From contig CM075978.1 of the NCBI GenBank assembly GCA_038087875.1, forward strand, positions 192,572,001-192,636,000: a stretch of DNA of 64,000 nt, in the 5' to 3' direction. The notes below the pieces were generated by a model. It ran no database searches and was not told where the DNA came from. It saw only the letters and a list, made by a program, of their open reading frames with translations. Positions within the stretch are counted from its first letter, which is position 1; each line of letters begins with the position of its first letter. Made by a program: the position numbers and the translations under genes. Below are positions 36,621 through 48,339 of the stretch, one piece after another. The DNA is from Malacoraja senta. Taxonomy: Eukaryota.

Positions 36621-36965
36621 CAGCACTTTTTTTGTGTTGCGTTTTGTGTGTGTGTGTGTGTGTGTGTAGCTGGAAGGAGAAGTGAGGATGAGGCACACAC
36701 ACACAAACAGCACTTTTTTTGTGTGTTGGCTTTTGTGTGTGTAGCTGGAAGGAGAAGTGAGGAAGAGGCACACACACACACAAACAGCACTTTTTTTGTG
36801 TGTTGGCTTTTGTGTGTGTAGCTGGAAGGAGAAGTGAGGATGAGGCACACACACACAAACAGCACTTTTTTTGTGTGTTGGCTTTTGTGTGTGTAGCTGG
36901 AAGGAGAAGTGAGGAAGAGGCACACACACACAAACAGCACTTTTTTTGTGTGTTGGCTTCAGTGT
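36621..36965. repeat. ~75-bp minisatellite, about 4.5 copies
   Basis: The unit CAGCAC(T)7-8GTGTGTTGGCTTTTGTGTGTGTAGCTGGAAGGAGAAGTGAGGA(T/A)GAGG(CA)nAA starts at 36621, 36708, 36785, 36860 and 36935. Confidence 0.92.
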
Positions 36966-37403
36966 GTGTGGAAGGATAAAGTGAGAGGAGAGGGAGAGGC
37001 AGGCACACACAATGAGAGCAAGGCAGCATTGTGTTGTGGCAGTCCGATCCAGGCTTGTCCACGGCTCCAGGCTTTGGACACGATCGCACACACTAGGATT
37101 TATATATATCATTTTTTTTTTTTTTTTTTTTTTCATTATTCACCATGCGTGCTCTGCACTTGGACAGCGATTTCCTCCGTGATTACGTGTGGCGCGTCTC
37201 CCCGCGGGGAAGCTCCCCCGTGGTGAGGTCCTGATGGGTTTGGGCCTTACTTGAATTTCCCAGCTTATTATGTGTCTGCACTGCGTGTGCTCCACGCAGT
37301 TGCGAGGGGAGGAGGAGAAGCAGCCCAGCTCGCCCGGCTCCCGCCACAAAGAGCCGGCTGCCCGCTGCCCGTGCCGGACGGTGGACATGGCACCGAGGCG
37401 CCT

Positions 37404-37584
37404 CTGTTGCTGCTGCTGTTGCTGCTGCTGCTGCCGCCGTTGTTGCCGCCGTCGCTGCCGTCTCTCTCAACACCGGCGGCACCCCCGCTAAAACAGGCAG
37501 CCAGCCGCCTTCCTCCTCCTCTTCATCCACCTCCTCCTCCTCCTCCTCCGTCTACTCATCGTCCTCCTCCTTTCCTGCTTCTTC

Positions 37585-37629
<45 letters not shown>

Positions 37630-37632
37630 TTG
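37404..37632. repeat. Compound trinucleotide microsatellite (TGC/GCC, CCT, CTT)
   Basis: Directly visible runs. Confidence 0.9.
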
Positions 37633-38509
37633 GGACGGCTGAGGAGAACCAGAACCAGAACAACCAGCCCCCAGCCTTCAAGCAGGTGATCCCGCCGCCA
37701 AGTTTCTCTCAGACTTTTTGACAAAGACAGACAGACAGACGCCGTACTATTATTATTATTATTATTTTTTTCTTCTTGTTGCTTGGAGAGAGAAAAAAAA
37801 AAATCCCCCTTCCACTTATTTTCGTTGTTGTCGTTGTTTCCTGAGGAGATCTTCGCTCTCAAGTCCTCCCCGTTGCATTGAATTTCGTGCAACAAAAGGA
37901 GAGAGAGAGAGGGGGAGAAGAAAAGTCTCTTGCTTGTTATTGTTTTGTGAGGGGGGGGGGGGGGAAAGCAAATCTTTGTTGTTGGTCGAGCAATAAGTCT
38001 TGTGCAAAAAGGGGTAGGCATTGCAAACCTCTCTCTCCGTCCCTTTTTCTCTCCCGCCCCGATCACCTCCTGCTGTAAGTAATCACTTGTCTTCGTGTAG
38101 GATCCACCAGTTGCAAAGAAGTTGTGTGTGTGTGTGTGGGTGGGTGTGTGGGGGGGGGGGGTGTGTGTGTTGCAGAGAAGAGAAGGCGGAGGAGATCAAC
38201 ACCGACACCCACTCGACTGAAGAAGAAGAAGCAGGAGAAGAAAAAAAAGAATCGAGTTTTTTTCTTTAAAAAAAAAGCATCGCCGCCAACAACAGGGGAA
38301 AAAAAAAGTACGAGGGGGAGAGACGTCACACGCAGTCCACTCGGAGAGGTTGAAGTTGCCGCATTGCATCGGGCAGGAGGAGGGAGAGAGAGAGTGTGTG
38401 TGAGAGAGAGAGAGACACCACACACAGAGGGACTGGAGAGATTGATGGTTGGAGCACCGGTCAGTGGCGGCCAGGCAGCGGCTTCTTCCCGGCGAGCGAG
38501 GGACTGGAC

Positions 38510-38549
38510 ATGTCCAGGCGCAAACAATCCAAGCCTCGGGCTGTCAAAG
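38510..38549 (+). CDS. First coding exon of a NuRD-motif zinc-finger gene, most like ZNF423/ZNF521 (MSRRKQSKPRAVK)
   Basis: GACATG start, 40-nt phase-1 exon and consensus donor AAG|GTGAGT. MSRRKQxKP is the N-terminal NuRD-binding motif of the ZNF423/521, ZFPM, SALL and BCL11 families. The 13-codon+G layout fits ZNF423/521 (next residue V/D) better than ZFPM (next residue R). Confidence 0.85.
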
Positions 38550-39002
38550 GTGAGTCTAAATGCTTGTTTTTTTTTTAATTATATGTGTATATTGTTTTTG
38601 GTGCGAGGGGAGGGGAAAAGAAGTGAGTCGAATAAAAGGAGGGGAGGATTGATTTTAAATGGAAGAAGCGGGAAAAAATAAAAAGCCCGCCCCTAGTGGT
38701 TGGACGGAGACTTTTTTAAAAAAAAAACCCGAGCGCGTCTCTCTCTCCCCCCCTCCCTCCTGCCCCTGTAACTGGGTGGAGGAGACTGAAGGCGGCGGGT
38801 GGGCGGGCGGCCAAGGGGGGGGGGGGGGGGCGCGAGCGAGCGGGAGCGCGCACCGCAGGCCAATCAGAGGGAGGGAGGGGGTCCTCGTGAGCGCGCGTTC
38901 GCGTGCGGGGCTGGAGGCGCGAAGCCCCCACGTGCCGCCCGGCGTCGTCCGTTGGCCTTTCAAAATGTCACCCCCCCCCCCCCCCCCCCGGGGAAAGAAA
39001 AA

Positions 39003-39210
39003 GGCCGGCGCAGCGGGTCCAGCCTCCGGCAGCGCCGGAGTCCCGGGTTCGATCCCCACCTCGGCTGCCTGGGTGGAATGTGTGTGCACGTTGATCACCC
39101 TGTGACCGTGTGGGTTTTCGCCAGGTGCTCCGGTTTTCCTCCCACACTCCAAAGACGTGCAGGTTAATTGGCTGCTGTAAGTTGTCGCTCGTGTGGAGGA
39201 TAATGCAAGT
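39003..39210 (+). mobile_element. GC-rich V-SINE at the CpG-island edge
   Basis: B-box GGTTCGATCCC and GGTGCTCCGGTTTTCCTCCCACACTCCAAAGACG. Confidence 0.7.
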
Positions 39211-40124
39211 GTAAATGAAAGGATTTTTTTCCCCACCAAGCGGAATCATTGGCTTAAGTGTATTTTAGTTTATTGTCATGTGTACTGAGGTACGGTGAAA
39301 GCTCTTTTGTTGTGTGCTAACCTGTCAGCAGAAAGACCATGCATATTTGCACGTTTTCACTGAGTTTATTCTGGATTCATCCCAAATACATGTTGGTTTT
39401 GTAGGTTAATTGACCCTCTGTAAATTATCCCAAGTGTATGAGCAAGTGGGACCATGTCGGGAGTCACCCCAGTAAACATAGAGCGCGTGGACTTTAGCCC
39501 TTTTGTAAATGATGCCAAAATACAGCGACTCGTGCATGTGTGATCTATGCAAATATAATTTCACTGTGCAATGCACTCGCGGCGACAAAGCACCATTCAT
39601 AACATAAAACTTGTGTGAAGGGGTGATCGATGGTTGGCATGTACTTGGTGGGCCGAATGGCCAGTTTCCATGCTTTATCTCTAATCTAAACTAAAGGAAA
39701 CTAAACCTGAGCTTCCAGATGACTTGGAGACATAACGAACTGCAGATGCTGGAATCTTGAACAAAACAAAGTGCTGGAGGAACTCGGTCAGGCAGCATCT
39801 GTGGAAGAAAATGGACAGGCGACATTTAGGGTTGGATCCTTCTTTAAACTACGATTAATTCACTCCCTTACCTAGCAATAAGTTGGTAGTTTTGCACTCC
39901 CGTGGAATAAAATCAGCGTCAATCATAATATGCCGAGGGAAAAAATACAGCAGATGCTGGAAATCTACATTTTAAACTTCTGGTCGATGATTTCCATCTG
40001 AAATATGATGGAGCTGAAACCATAGGTTTGTTTTTTATTTCCACTTAGCATGAGCAGCTAAGTAGTTTAGTTTTATTTAAATGACAGTGTATTTTGAGGA
40101 TATGTTGTCTGGTCATGTAATTTA

Positions 40125-40378
40125 CAGCATGGAAACAGGCCCTTCGGCCTACCAAGTCCGCACTGGCCAGAGATCACCCTGTACACTAGCACTATTTTAC
40201 ACACTAGGGACAATTGACTTTTTTTTACCGAAACCAATTAACTACGTGTTTGGAGTGTGGGAGGAAACTGGAGCACCCAGAGGAAAACCCATGCGGTCAC
40301 AGTACAGACAGCAATCATAGTCAGAATCGAACCTGGGACTCTGGCGTTGTAAGGCAGCAACTCTGCCACTGTGCCATC
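40125..40378 (-). mobile_element. V-SINE (HE1-like)
   Basis: Reverse complement of the SINE head and tail. Confidence 0.8.
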
Positions 40379-40856
40379 CATGAGCTGACCAGGAACATGT
40401 CAGCAGATTATCACAATAATATCACCCACAATATCCTACCTACTTTACTGATTCCTTTTACAATGTGTGTATGTAACATATTTTTGTAAGAAATGGTGCA
40501 ATGTTCAGGAGAATTGCCGTACATTTCAGCAAAGGCATTTGCTCAAGCTGTACAAACAAAATGAATTGTTGAGAGACTTGTAACTAATTCAAATGTTCAA
40601 AATCTTCAGTCTGCTCGTTGATTGCAATGGATGGCACATTGTAGACAAAGCCAATAATTTTGCAATATGCTGATGTTGGCAGAAAAAGTTTCTAGTTAAT
40701 GCCAGTGGATTACTTTGACTAATTCTCCCCTGTCCTGCTCTTATGTGTTCATCAAATGTGAGTTATTCTGGAAAAACTGCATGAAAAGCTTTGCCAAAGG
40801 AAGGTGGTGACTGGCTGCAGCATCTTTGACCTATGATAGTCCATATGTGTGGTAGA

Positions 40857-41070
40857 TAGACACAAAATAATGGAGTAACTCAGCGGAACAGGCAGCATCT
40901 CTGGAGAGAAGGAATGGGTGACGTTTTGGGTCGAGAAGGTTCAGACTGAAGAAGGGTCTCGACCTGAAACGTCACCTATTCCTTCTCTCCAGAGATGCTG
41001 CCTGTCCCGCTGAGTTAATCCAGCATTTTGAGTTTATCTTCGATGTAAACCATCAGCAGTTCCTTCCTAC
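40857..41070. mobile_element. Penelope-derived palindrome with intact hammerhead core
   Basis: CTGAAGA-A-GGGTCTCGACCT-GAAAC-GTC at 40946-40973, between inverted arms. Confidence 0.8.
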
Positions 41071-41932
41071 ACATGATATGCATTGTATTAGGGAATCTTG
41101 GATTTTAATCCATTAGTAAATGAAGGAATGGTAGGCTCTCTTGAATTAGGCCAATGTAGTCCCTATTTGGTATGTTGGTATTGGATCAATATGCCTTAGG
41201 GACAATACTTCAATCAAGGGATTAAACAAGGGATTGGAACCAAATAAGCATGAAAATATTGGGTGTGTAATTTGAGAAAGCAACCTCATTGAAATATTAT
41301 CTTAACTGTTGAGGTTTGAGAGCTGCAGTCATTTAGATCCTGAGCTGGGATTATTTCCATGTAATCACTATGATTTTTCAGTGTATGTGTATCTACTTGT
41401 GGTATAATTTTTGAAGGATTAAATTTATTTCTTTTGACAACAAAAGTATTAGAATATTTTGTGATGAATTTTTTAACAATTATATAATTATCATGTCAAT
41501 CTTATTAATTTCACGAGGAATGCTGCAACAGTCTTGGCTTTCTCTACTTGGTGAGAGCACTTGTTGTTTTTACAGCCTCTCATGGTTATGGCTCTTGCAT
41601 TTGGGTTCCTCCAGCTGCATCCTTCCTGAGGTCTTCAGCTCTTTCCTGATGTGTCATACCCTGGGTTGAACTTGGTGTTTTATTAGTTTTACAAAAGATT
41701 TGAGGCATACATCCGATAGACGGTCAGAATCTTTTTCCTAAGATGGAAACATCAAATACTGGAGGGCATAGATTTAAGGTGAGAGGGGCGATGCTTAGAG
41801 GAGATATGTGGGGCACGTTTTGTTATACAAAGGGTGGTGAATACCTTTAACGTGCTGGCACTGGGTGGTGGTTGAAGCATTTAAAACACTCGGACAGGCA
41901 TGGATATGTAGGGAATAGAGGGATATGAGTTA

Positions 41933-43563
41933 CAGTGCATTCAGAAAGTATTCAGACCCCTTCACTTTTTCTACATTTTGTTACGTTCCAGCCTTATTCT
42001 AAAATGGTTTAAATTCATTTTTTTAAATCATCAATCTATACACAATACCCCATAATAAAAAAGCGAAAACAGGTGTTTAGTAATTTTTGCAACGTAATTC
42101 AAAATAAATAACTGAAATATCATATTTACATAAGTATTCAGACCCTTTACTCAGTACTTTGTTGAGGCACCTTTGGCAGTGATTACAGCCTCAAGTCTTC
42201 TTGGGTATGACGCTACAAGTTTGGCACACCTGTATTTGGGTAATTTCTCCCATTCTTCTCTGCAGATCCTCTCAAGCTCTGTCAGGTTTGATGGGGAGCA
42301 TCGGTGCACAGCTATTTTCAAGTCCCTTCAGAGATATTCGATCGGTTTCAAGTCTGGGCTGGCTGGGCCATTCAAGGACATTCACAGACTTGTCACAAAG
42401 CCACTCCTGCCTTGTCTTGGCTGTGTGCTTAGGGTCTTTGTCCTGATGGAAGATAAACCTCTGCCCCAGTCTAAGGTCTGAATGCTCTGGGGCAGGTTTT
42501 TATCAAGGATCTCTCTGTACTTTGCTCCGTTCATCTTTCCCTCGATTCTGACTAGTCTCCCAGTTCCTGCCACTGAAAAACATCCCCACAACATGATGCT
42601 GCCACCACCATGCTTTACCGTAGGTATGGTATTGGCCAGGTGATGAGCGGTGCCTGGTTTCCTCCAGAAGTGACGCTTGGCATTCAGGCCAAAGAGTTCA
42701 ATCTTGGTTTCAACAGACCACAAAATCTTGTTTCTCATGGTCTGAGCGTCCTTTAGGTGCCTTTTGGCAAACTCCAAGCGGGCTGTCAAGTGCCTTTTAC
42801 TGAGGAGTGGCTTCCGTCTGGCCACTCTACCATAATGGCCTGATTGGTGGAGAGCTGCAGATATAGTTGTCCTTCTGGAAGGTTCTCCCATCTCCACAGA
42901 GGAACTCTGGAGCTCTGTCAGAGTGACCATTGGGTTCTTGGTCTCACCTCCCTGACCAAGGCCCTTCTCCCACGATTGCTCAGTTTGGCCGTGCGGCCAG
43001 CTCTATGAAGAGTCCTGGTGGCTCCAAAGTTCTTCCATTTAAGAATGACGGAGGCCACTGTGCTCTTCGGGACCTGCAATGCTGCAGAAATTGTTTTATA
43101 CCCTTCCCCAGATCTGTGTCTCGACACAATTTTGTCTAGGAGGTCTACGGACAATTCCTTCGTCTTCATGGCTTGGTTTTTGCTCTGACATGCACTTACA
43201 ACTGCGGGACCTTATATAGACATGGTCCCTTTCCAAATCATGTACAATCAATTTTATTTACCACTCGTGGACCCCAATCAAGTTGTAGAAACATCTCAAG
43301 GATAATCAATAGAAACAGGAAACACCGAAGCCCAATTTTGAGTGTCATTGCAAAGTGTCTGAATACTTATGTAAATGTGATATTTCAGTTATTTATTTTT
43401 AATTACTTTGCAAAAATTTCTAAACACCTGTTTTCGCTTTTATATTATGAGGTATTGTGTGTAGATTGATGATAAAAAAAAATTGGATCCATTTTAGAAT
43501 AAGGCTGTAACGTAACAAAATGTGGAAAAAGTGAAGGGGTCTAAATACTTTCTGAATGCACTG
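41933..43563 (-). mobile_element. Full-length Tc1-family IR-DR DNA transposon (1631 bp)
   Basis: TA at 41931-32 and 43564-65. The ~210-bp ITRs start CAGTGCATTCAGAAAGTATT and carry an inner direct repeat AAGTATTCAGAC. Inserted in a CR1 tail. Confidence 0.96.
42150..43169 (-). pseudogene. Tc1 transposase (frameshifted)
   Basis: KTKELS..paired-like HTH, GRx[22 protein letters not shown] (first catalytic D changed to V) and [15 protein letters not shown]. Frameshifts near 42925 and 42470. Confidence 0.93.
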
Positions 43564-44479
43564 TATATGCAGTGATAGTCTTGGGATCAAGTTTGTCACA
43601 AACTTGTGGTCTGAAGGGCCACTATGTTCTGAAATAATGCTTTGTTTTTCAATTATTTTCTTTCATTTATGACTTGGGTAACCCATTGCTTTATTATAAA
43701 CAATCCATGCTACCTTTGAGAATATCTAATGGAAATCAAGGTCACACTACTCATGTATATATCCCGTCTGAGTAATCCTGAAGTCTCCCACAGTTTGTGA
43801 CTTTTATAAACTTTGAATCATATGAGAACTTTTTATAAAGATTCTGGAGCGTTGTACAATTTGCTATCTCTTTACCTCATGGAGGTTGTACTTGCCTGAC
43901 AAAGGGAGAAATAGAAAATCACTAAATTTATTTCAAGGATAAGGATGAGTACATTGAAGATGATGAGTAGACACAAAATGCTGGAGTAACTCAGTGGGAC
44001 AGGCAGCATCTCTGGAGAGAAGGAATGGGTGATGTTTCGGGTCGAGACCCTTCTTCAGACTGAAGATGGTGAGATCAGGGAGGGCAATGCTGATAATCTA
44101 GAACCAGTGGATGTTACGGAGAAGGAGGAGGTGTTGGATCTTTTGAAGAACATTAAGGTAGTTAAGTTCTCAGGACCTCTTGGAATTTATCCTAGATTAT
44201 AGAGAGAGGCAAGAGAGGAGTTTGCCAGAACCTTGACATCGATCTTTGTACCCTCTTTAAACGTAGGCAAGGTCTCAGAGTAGGAGAACCAATATTGTTG
44301 AAGCCTCACATCAGTGGTAGGAAAATAATTGGAAAAGATTCTTAGGGATTGGTAATGTACATGTGTGGAAAAGCGTGACATAGAAAACCTAGAACATAGA
44401 AAACATAGAAAAATAGGTGCAGGAGTAGGCCATTCGGACCTTCGAGCCAGCACCGCCATTCAATAGCTGATCATCTAAT

Positions 44480-46370
44480 GAAGGTATGAGACGGGAATTG
44501 GCTCGGATAGACTGGCAAATTATACTTAAAGGGTTGGCAGTGGAGATGCAGTGCCAAAGATTTAAAGACCACATGGATGAACTCCAGAAATTGTTCATCC
44601 CTATCTGGCGAAAAAATAAAACTGGGAATTCTCTGCCTCAGAAGGCAGTGGAGGCCGATTCACTGGATGAATTCAAGAGATAGAGCTCTTGGGGCTAGCG
44701 GAATCAAGGGGTATGGGGAGAAGGCAGGAATGGGATACTGATTGTGGAAGATCAGCCATAATCACATTGAATGGCAGTGCTGGCTCGAAGGGCCGAATGG
44801 CCTACTCCTGCACCTATTGTCTATGTATCTATGGAAGGTGGCTCAACCGTGGCTGAAGGGGGAAGTCAAGGATAGTGTTAAAGCCAAGGAAGAGGCATAT
44901 AAATTGGCTAGAAGAAACAGCAAACCTGAGGACTGGGAGAATTTTAGAACTCAACAGAGGAGGGCAAAGGGGTTAATTAAGAGGGGGGAAAAGCATGAAA
45001 GATAGCTTGCGGAGAATATAATAACTGACTGTAAAAGTTTCTTTAGGTATGTAAAAAGGAAAAGCTTAGTGAAGACAAATGTAGGTCCCGTTTAGTCAGA
45101 GACAGGTGAATTTATATTGGAAAACAAGGAAATGGCAGAACAGTTAAACAAGTACTTTGGTTCTGTCTTCACTAAGGAAGACACAAACAATCTCCCAGAA
45201 ATACTAGGGGACCGAGGATCTAGTGGAAGGGAGGAACTGAAGGGAATCCACATTAGTCAGAAAATGGTGTTAGGTAAACTGTTGGGACCGAAGGCAGATA
45301 AATTCCCAGGGCCTGCTGGTCTGCATTCCAGAGTACTCAAGGAGGTGGCCCTAGAAATCGTGGAAGCATTGGTGATCATTTTTCAATGTTCTCTCAACTC
45401 TGGATAAGTTCCTGTGGACTGGAGGGTAGCCAATGTAACTCCACTTTTTAAGAAAGGAGGGAGAGATAAAACAGGAAATTATAGACCAATTAGCCTTACA
45501 TCAGTAGTGGGGAAGATGCTGGAGTGGATTATTAATGATGTTATAGCAGCGCAATTGGAAAGCAGTGACGGGATCGGTCAAAGTCAGCATGGATTTATGA
45601 AGGGGAAATCATGCTTGACTGATCATTTGGAACATTTTGAGGATGTAACAAGTAGAATGGATAAGGGAGAGTCAGTGAATGTGGTGTATCTGGACTTTCA
45701 AAAAGCCTTTAACAAGGTCCCACACAAGAGATTAGTGTGCAAAATTAGAGCACATGGTAGGGTATTGACATGGCTAGAGAATTGGTTGGCAGACAGGAAG
45801 CAAAGAGTAGGAATTAAAGGGTCCTTTTCAGAATGGCAGGCCGTGACTAGTGGGGTGCCGCAAAGTTCAGTGCTGGGACCCCAGTTGTTTGCAATATATA
45901 TTAACGATTTAGACGAGGGAATTAAATGTAACATCTCTAAGTTTGCTTGTATTTGCTGGAATTTAGAAGGATGAGAGTGGATCTTATAGAAACATATACA
46001 GTTCTTAGAGGATTGGACAGGGTAGATGCAGGAAAAATGTTCCTGATGTTGGGAGAGTCCAGAACCAGGGGTCACAGTTTAAGAATAAGGGGTAGGCCAT
46101 TTAGGACTGAGAAGAGAAAAAACTTTTTCACCCAGAGAGTTGTGAATCTGTGTAATTCTCTGCCACAGAAGGCTGTGGAAGCCAATTTACTGGATGTGTT
46201 CAAGAGAGAGTTAGATTTAGGTCTTCGGGCTAAGGGAATCAAGGGATATGGGGAAAAAGCCGGAATTGGGTACTGATTTTGAATGATCAGTCGTGATCAT
46301 ATTGAATGGCGGTGCTGGCTCGAAGAGCCGAATTGCCTACTCCTGCACCTATTTTCTATGTTTCTATGTA
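44480..46370 (+). mobile_element. CR1 ORF2 fragments with an internal deletion and nested 3' pieces
   Basis: ORFs 44486-46276 are colinear with the CR1 at 26100-28290. The sequence jumps from NISKFA to LEFRRMR at ~45945. Confidence 0.9.
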
Positions 46371-46375
46371 AAATC

Positions 46376-48330
46376 AGAACCCCAATCCTGCTTTTTCCCC
46401 ATATCCCTTGATTCCTTTAGCCCTAAGAGCTACGTATATCCAGTGAATTGGCCTCCACTGTCTTCCGTGGCAGAGAATTCCACAGATTCACAGCTCTCTG
46501 GCTGAAAATTCTTTTCCTCATCTCAGTCCTAAATGGCCTACCCCTTATTCTTAGACTGTGACCCCTGGTTCTGGACTCGCCCAAAATCAGGAACATTTTT
46601 CCTGCATCTACCCTGTCCAATCCTCTAAGAATTTTATATGTTTCTATAAGATATCCTCTCATCCTATATTCCAGTGAATACAAGCCCAGTCGACCCATTC
46701 TTTCATCATACGTCAGTCCCGCCATCCCGGGAATTTACCTGGTGAACCTACGCTGCACTCCCTCAATAGCAATAATGTCCTTCCTAAAATTAGGAGAACA
46801 AAGGTGCACACAATACTCCAGGTGCGTTCTCACCAGGGCCTTGTACAACTGCAGTGGGACTTCCTTGCTTCTAAACTCAAATTCTCTTGCAATGAAGGCC
46901 AACATGCCATTTGCTTTCTTCACTGCCTGCTGAACCTGCATGCTTACTTTCAGTAACTGATGTATGAGCACACCAGGTCTCGTTGCACCTGCGCTTTTCC
47001 TAATCTGACACCATTCAGATAATAATCTCCCTTCCTGTTCTAGCCACCAAAGTGGATAACCTCACATTTATCTACATTATACTGCATCTGCCATGCATCT
47101 GTCCACTCACCCAACCTATCCAAGTCACCCTGCAGCATCATAGCTTTCTTATTGCAGCCCACACTGCCACCTAGCTTTGTGTCATCCGCCAACTTGGAGA
47201 TGTCACATTTAATTCCCTCGTCTAAATCATTAATATATATTGTAAATAACTGGGGTCCCAGCACCGAGCCTTGCGGCACCCCACTAGTCACTGCCTGCCA
47301 TTCTGAAAAGGACGGTAGACAAAAGTGCTGGAGAAACTCAGCGGGTGCGGCAGCATCTATGTAGCGAAGGAAATATGCAACGTTTCTTACAATACAATTA
47401 TTTATTGTCATTTGAACCTCAAATGAAGTTCAAATGAAATTTGGTTTCCGCAGTCATGCAACAAGAACCAAGACACACAACCAATACAATTTACACAAAC
47501 ATCCATCACAGTGAATCTCCTCCTCACTGTGATGGAAGGCAAAGTCTTGTCTCTCCCCTGTGTTCCATTCTTCTCCCGATGTTAAAGCCCCCGGCGGGCG
47601 ATGGCAAGTCCCGCGCTGGGCGATGTAAGGCCGCGCTCCAGGTCTTAATTTTGGAGCCCCCGGCGGCCGATGGCAAGTCCCGCGGCCGTTAAAGCCGCAC
47701 CGGGCGATGTAAGGCCCCGCTCCGAGTCATTTTCAACCCCGCAACTCGGGCGGGAGAAGTTGCCGTTGCGGGAGCTATGAAAAGCGGTCTCCCACCAGGG
47801 ACCCGCGAGCTCCCGATGTCACCGTCCACCGGACCTGCGGCTGGAGCCTCCGAGCTCCGGAGTCGGGTCGCAGCCACGCCTCACCACAGCTCTCCACGCT
47901 CCGAAGCCGGCCAGCCCCACGATGGTAAGTCCGCAACTGGAGCCCCCAGGTCGTTCCGGATGGAGGCCGCTCCATGGTGCTAGGCCCCAACGACAACGGA
48001 GACCCGACAGGGAAAAGGTCGGATCACCAGTACAGGGAAGAGATTTAAAGTTTCCCCCACCCCCCCGCCCCCCACATATACACAGCTAAAAACAATTTAA
48101 AAACCACAACAAACTATACATTCAACGGGACAATTTAAAAAAAAAAAAGACAGACGGACTGCAGAGGCCGCTGCAACGTCGGTCGCACCGCCCACACTGC
48201 CGAAACCCTTCTACTCTTTGCTTCCTGTCTGCCAACCAGTTTTCTATCCATGTCAATACCTTACCCCCAATACCATGTGCTCTAATTTTGCACACTAATC
48301 TTTTGTGTGGGACCTTGTCAAAGGCTTTTT
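46376..48330 (-). mobile_element. Inverted CR1 ORF2 fragment interrupted at 47313-48212 by a Penelope arm and a GC-rich non-autonomous element
   Basis: ORFs 46423-47411 on the minus strand. The CR1 sequence resumes at ~48212. Confidence 0.88.
47388..48200 (-). mobile_element. GC/CpG-rich non-autonomous non-LTR element (Rex1/Tx1-like tail)
   Basis: On the + strand it starts with ACAATACAATTATTTATTGTCA (the tail). It has a CpG-rich body with internal GGGCGATG repeats and splits a Penelope arm. Confidence 0.55.
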
Positions 48331-48339
48331 GGGTCTTAT

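Larger units (their letters stand above)
37150..39080 (+). promoter_or_regulatory. CpG island: promoter / 5' UTR / first exon region of the zinc-finger gene
   Basis: High GC and CpG density around the ATG exon. Includes a GC box/CTCF-like site at 38685-38700, CCAAT at ~38860 and CACGTG at ~38929. Confidence 0.8.

Noticed and set aside
36621-36965. CRISPR-like regular repeats
   Set aside because: The units are contiguous with no unique spacers, the context is eukaryotic and there are no cas genes.
36378-37136. Long ORFs (252, 178 and 154 aa) with repeated Cys/His motifs
   Set aside because: They are translations of the 75-bp minisatellite and (TG)n tracts, not zinc fingers.
37183-38500. Poly-Leu/Pro/Ala/Lys ORFs in the CpG island
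   Set aside because: They are microsatellite-derived open frames in promoter/5' UTR sequence. The credible start is the ATG at 38510.
38510-38549. Assigning the symbol ZFPM2 because of the SKPR residues
   Set aside because: ZFPM genes have QIK followed by Arg, whereas here AVK is followed by a G-initial codon. Thirteen residues are too few for a firm symbol.
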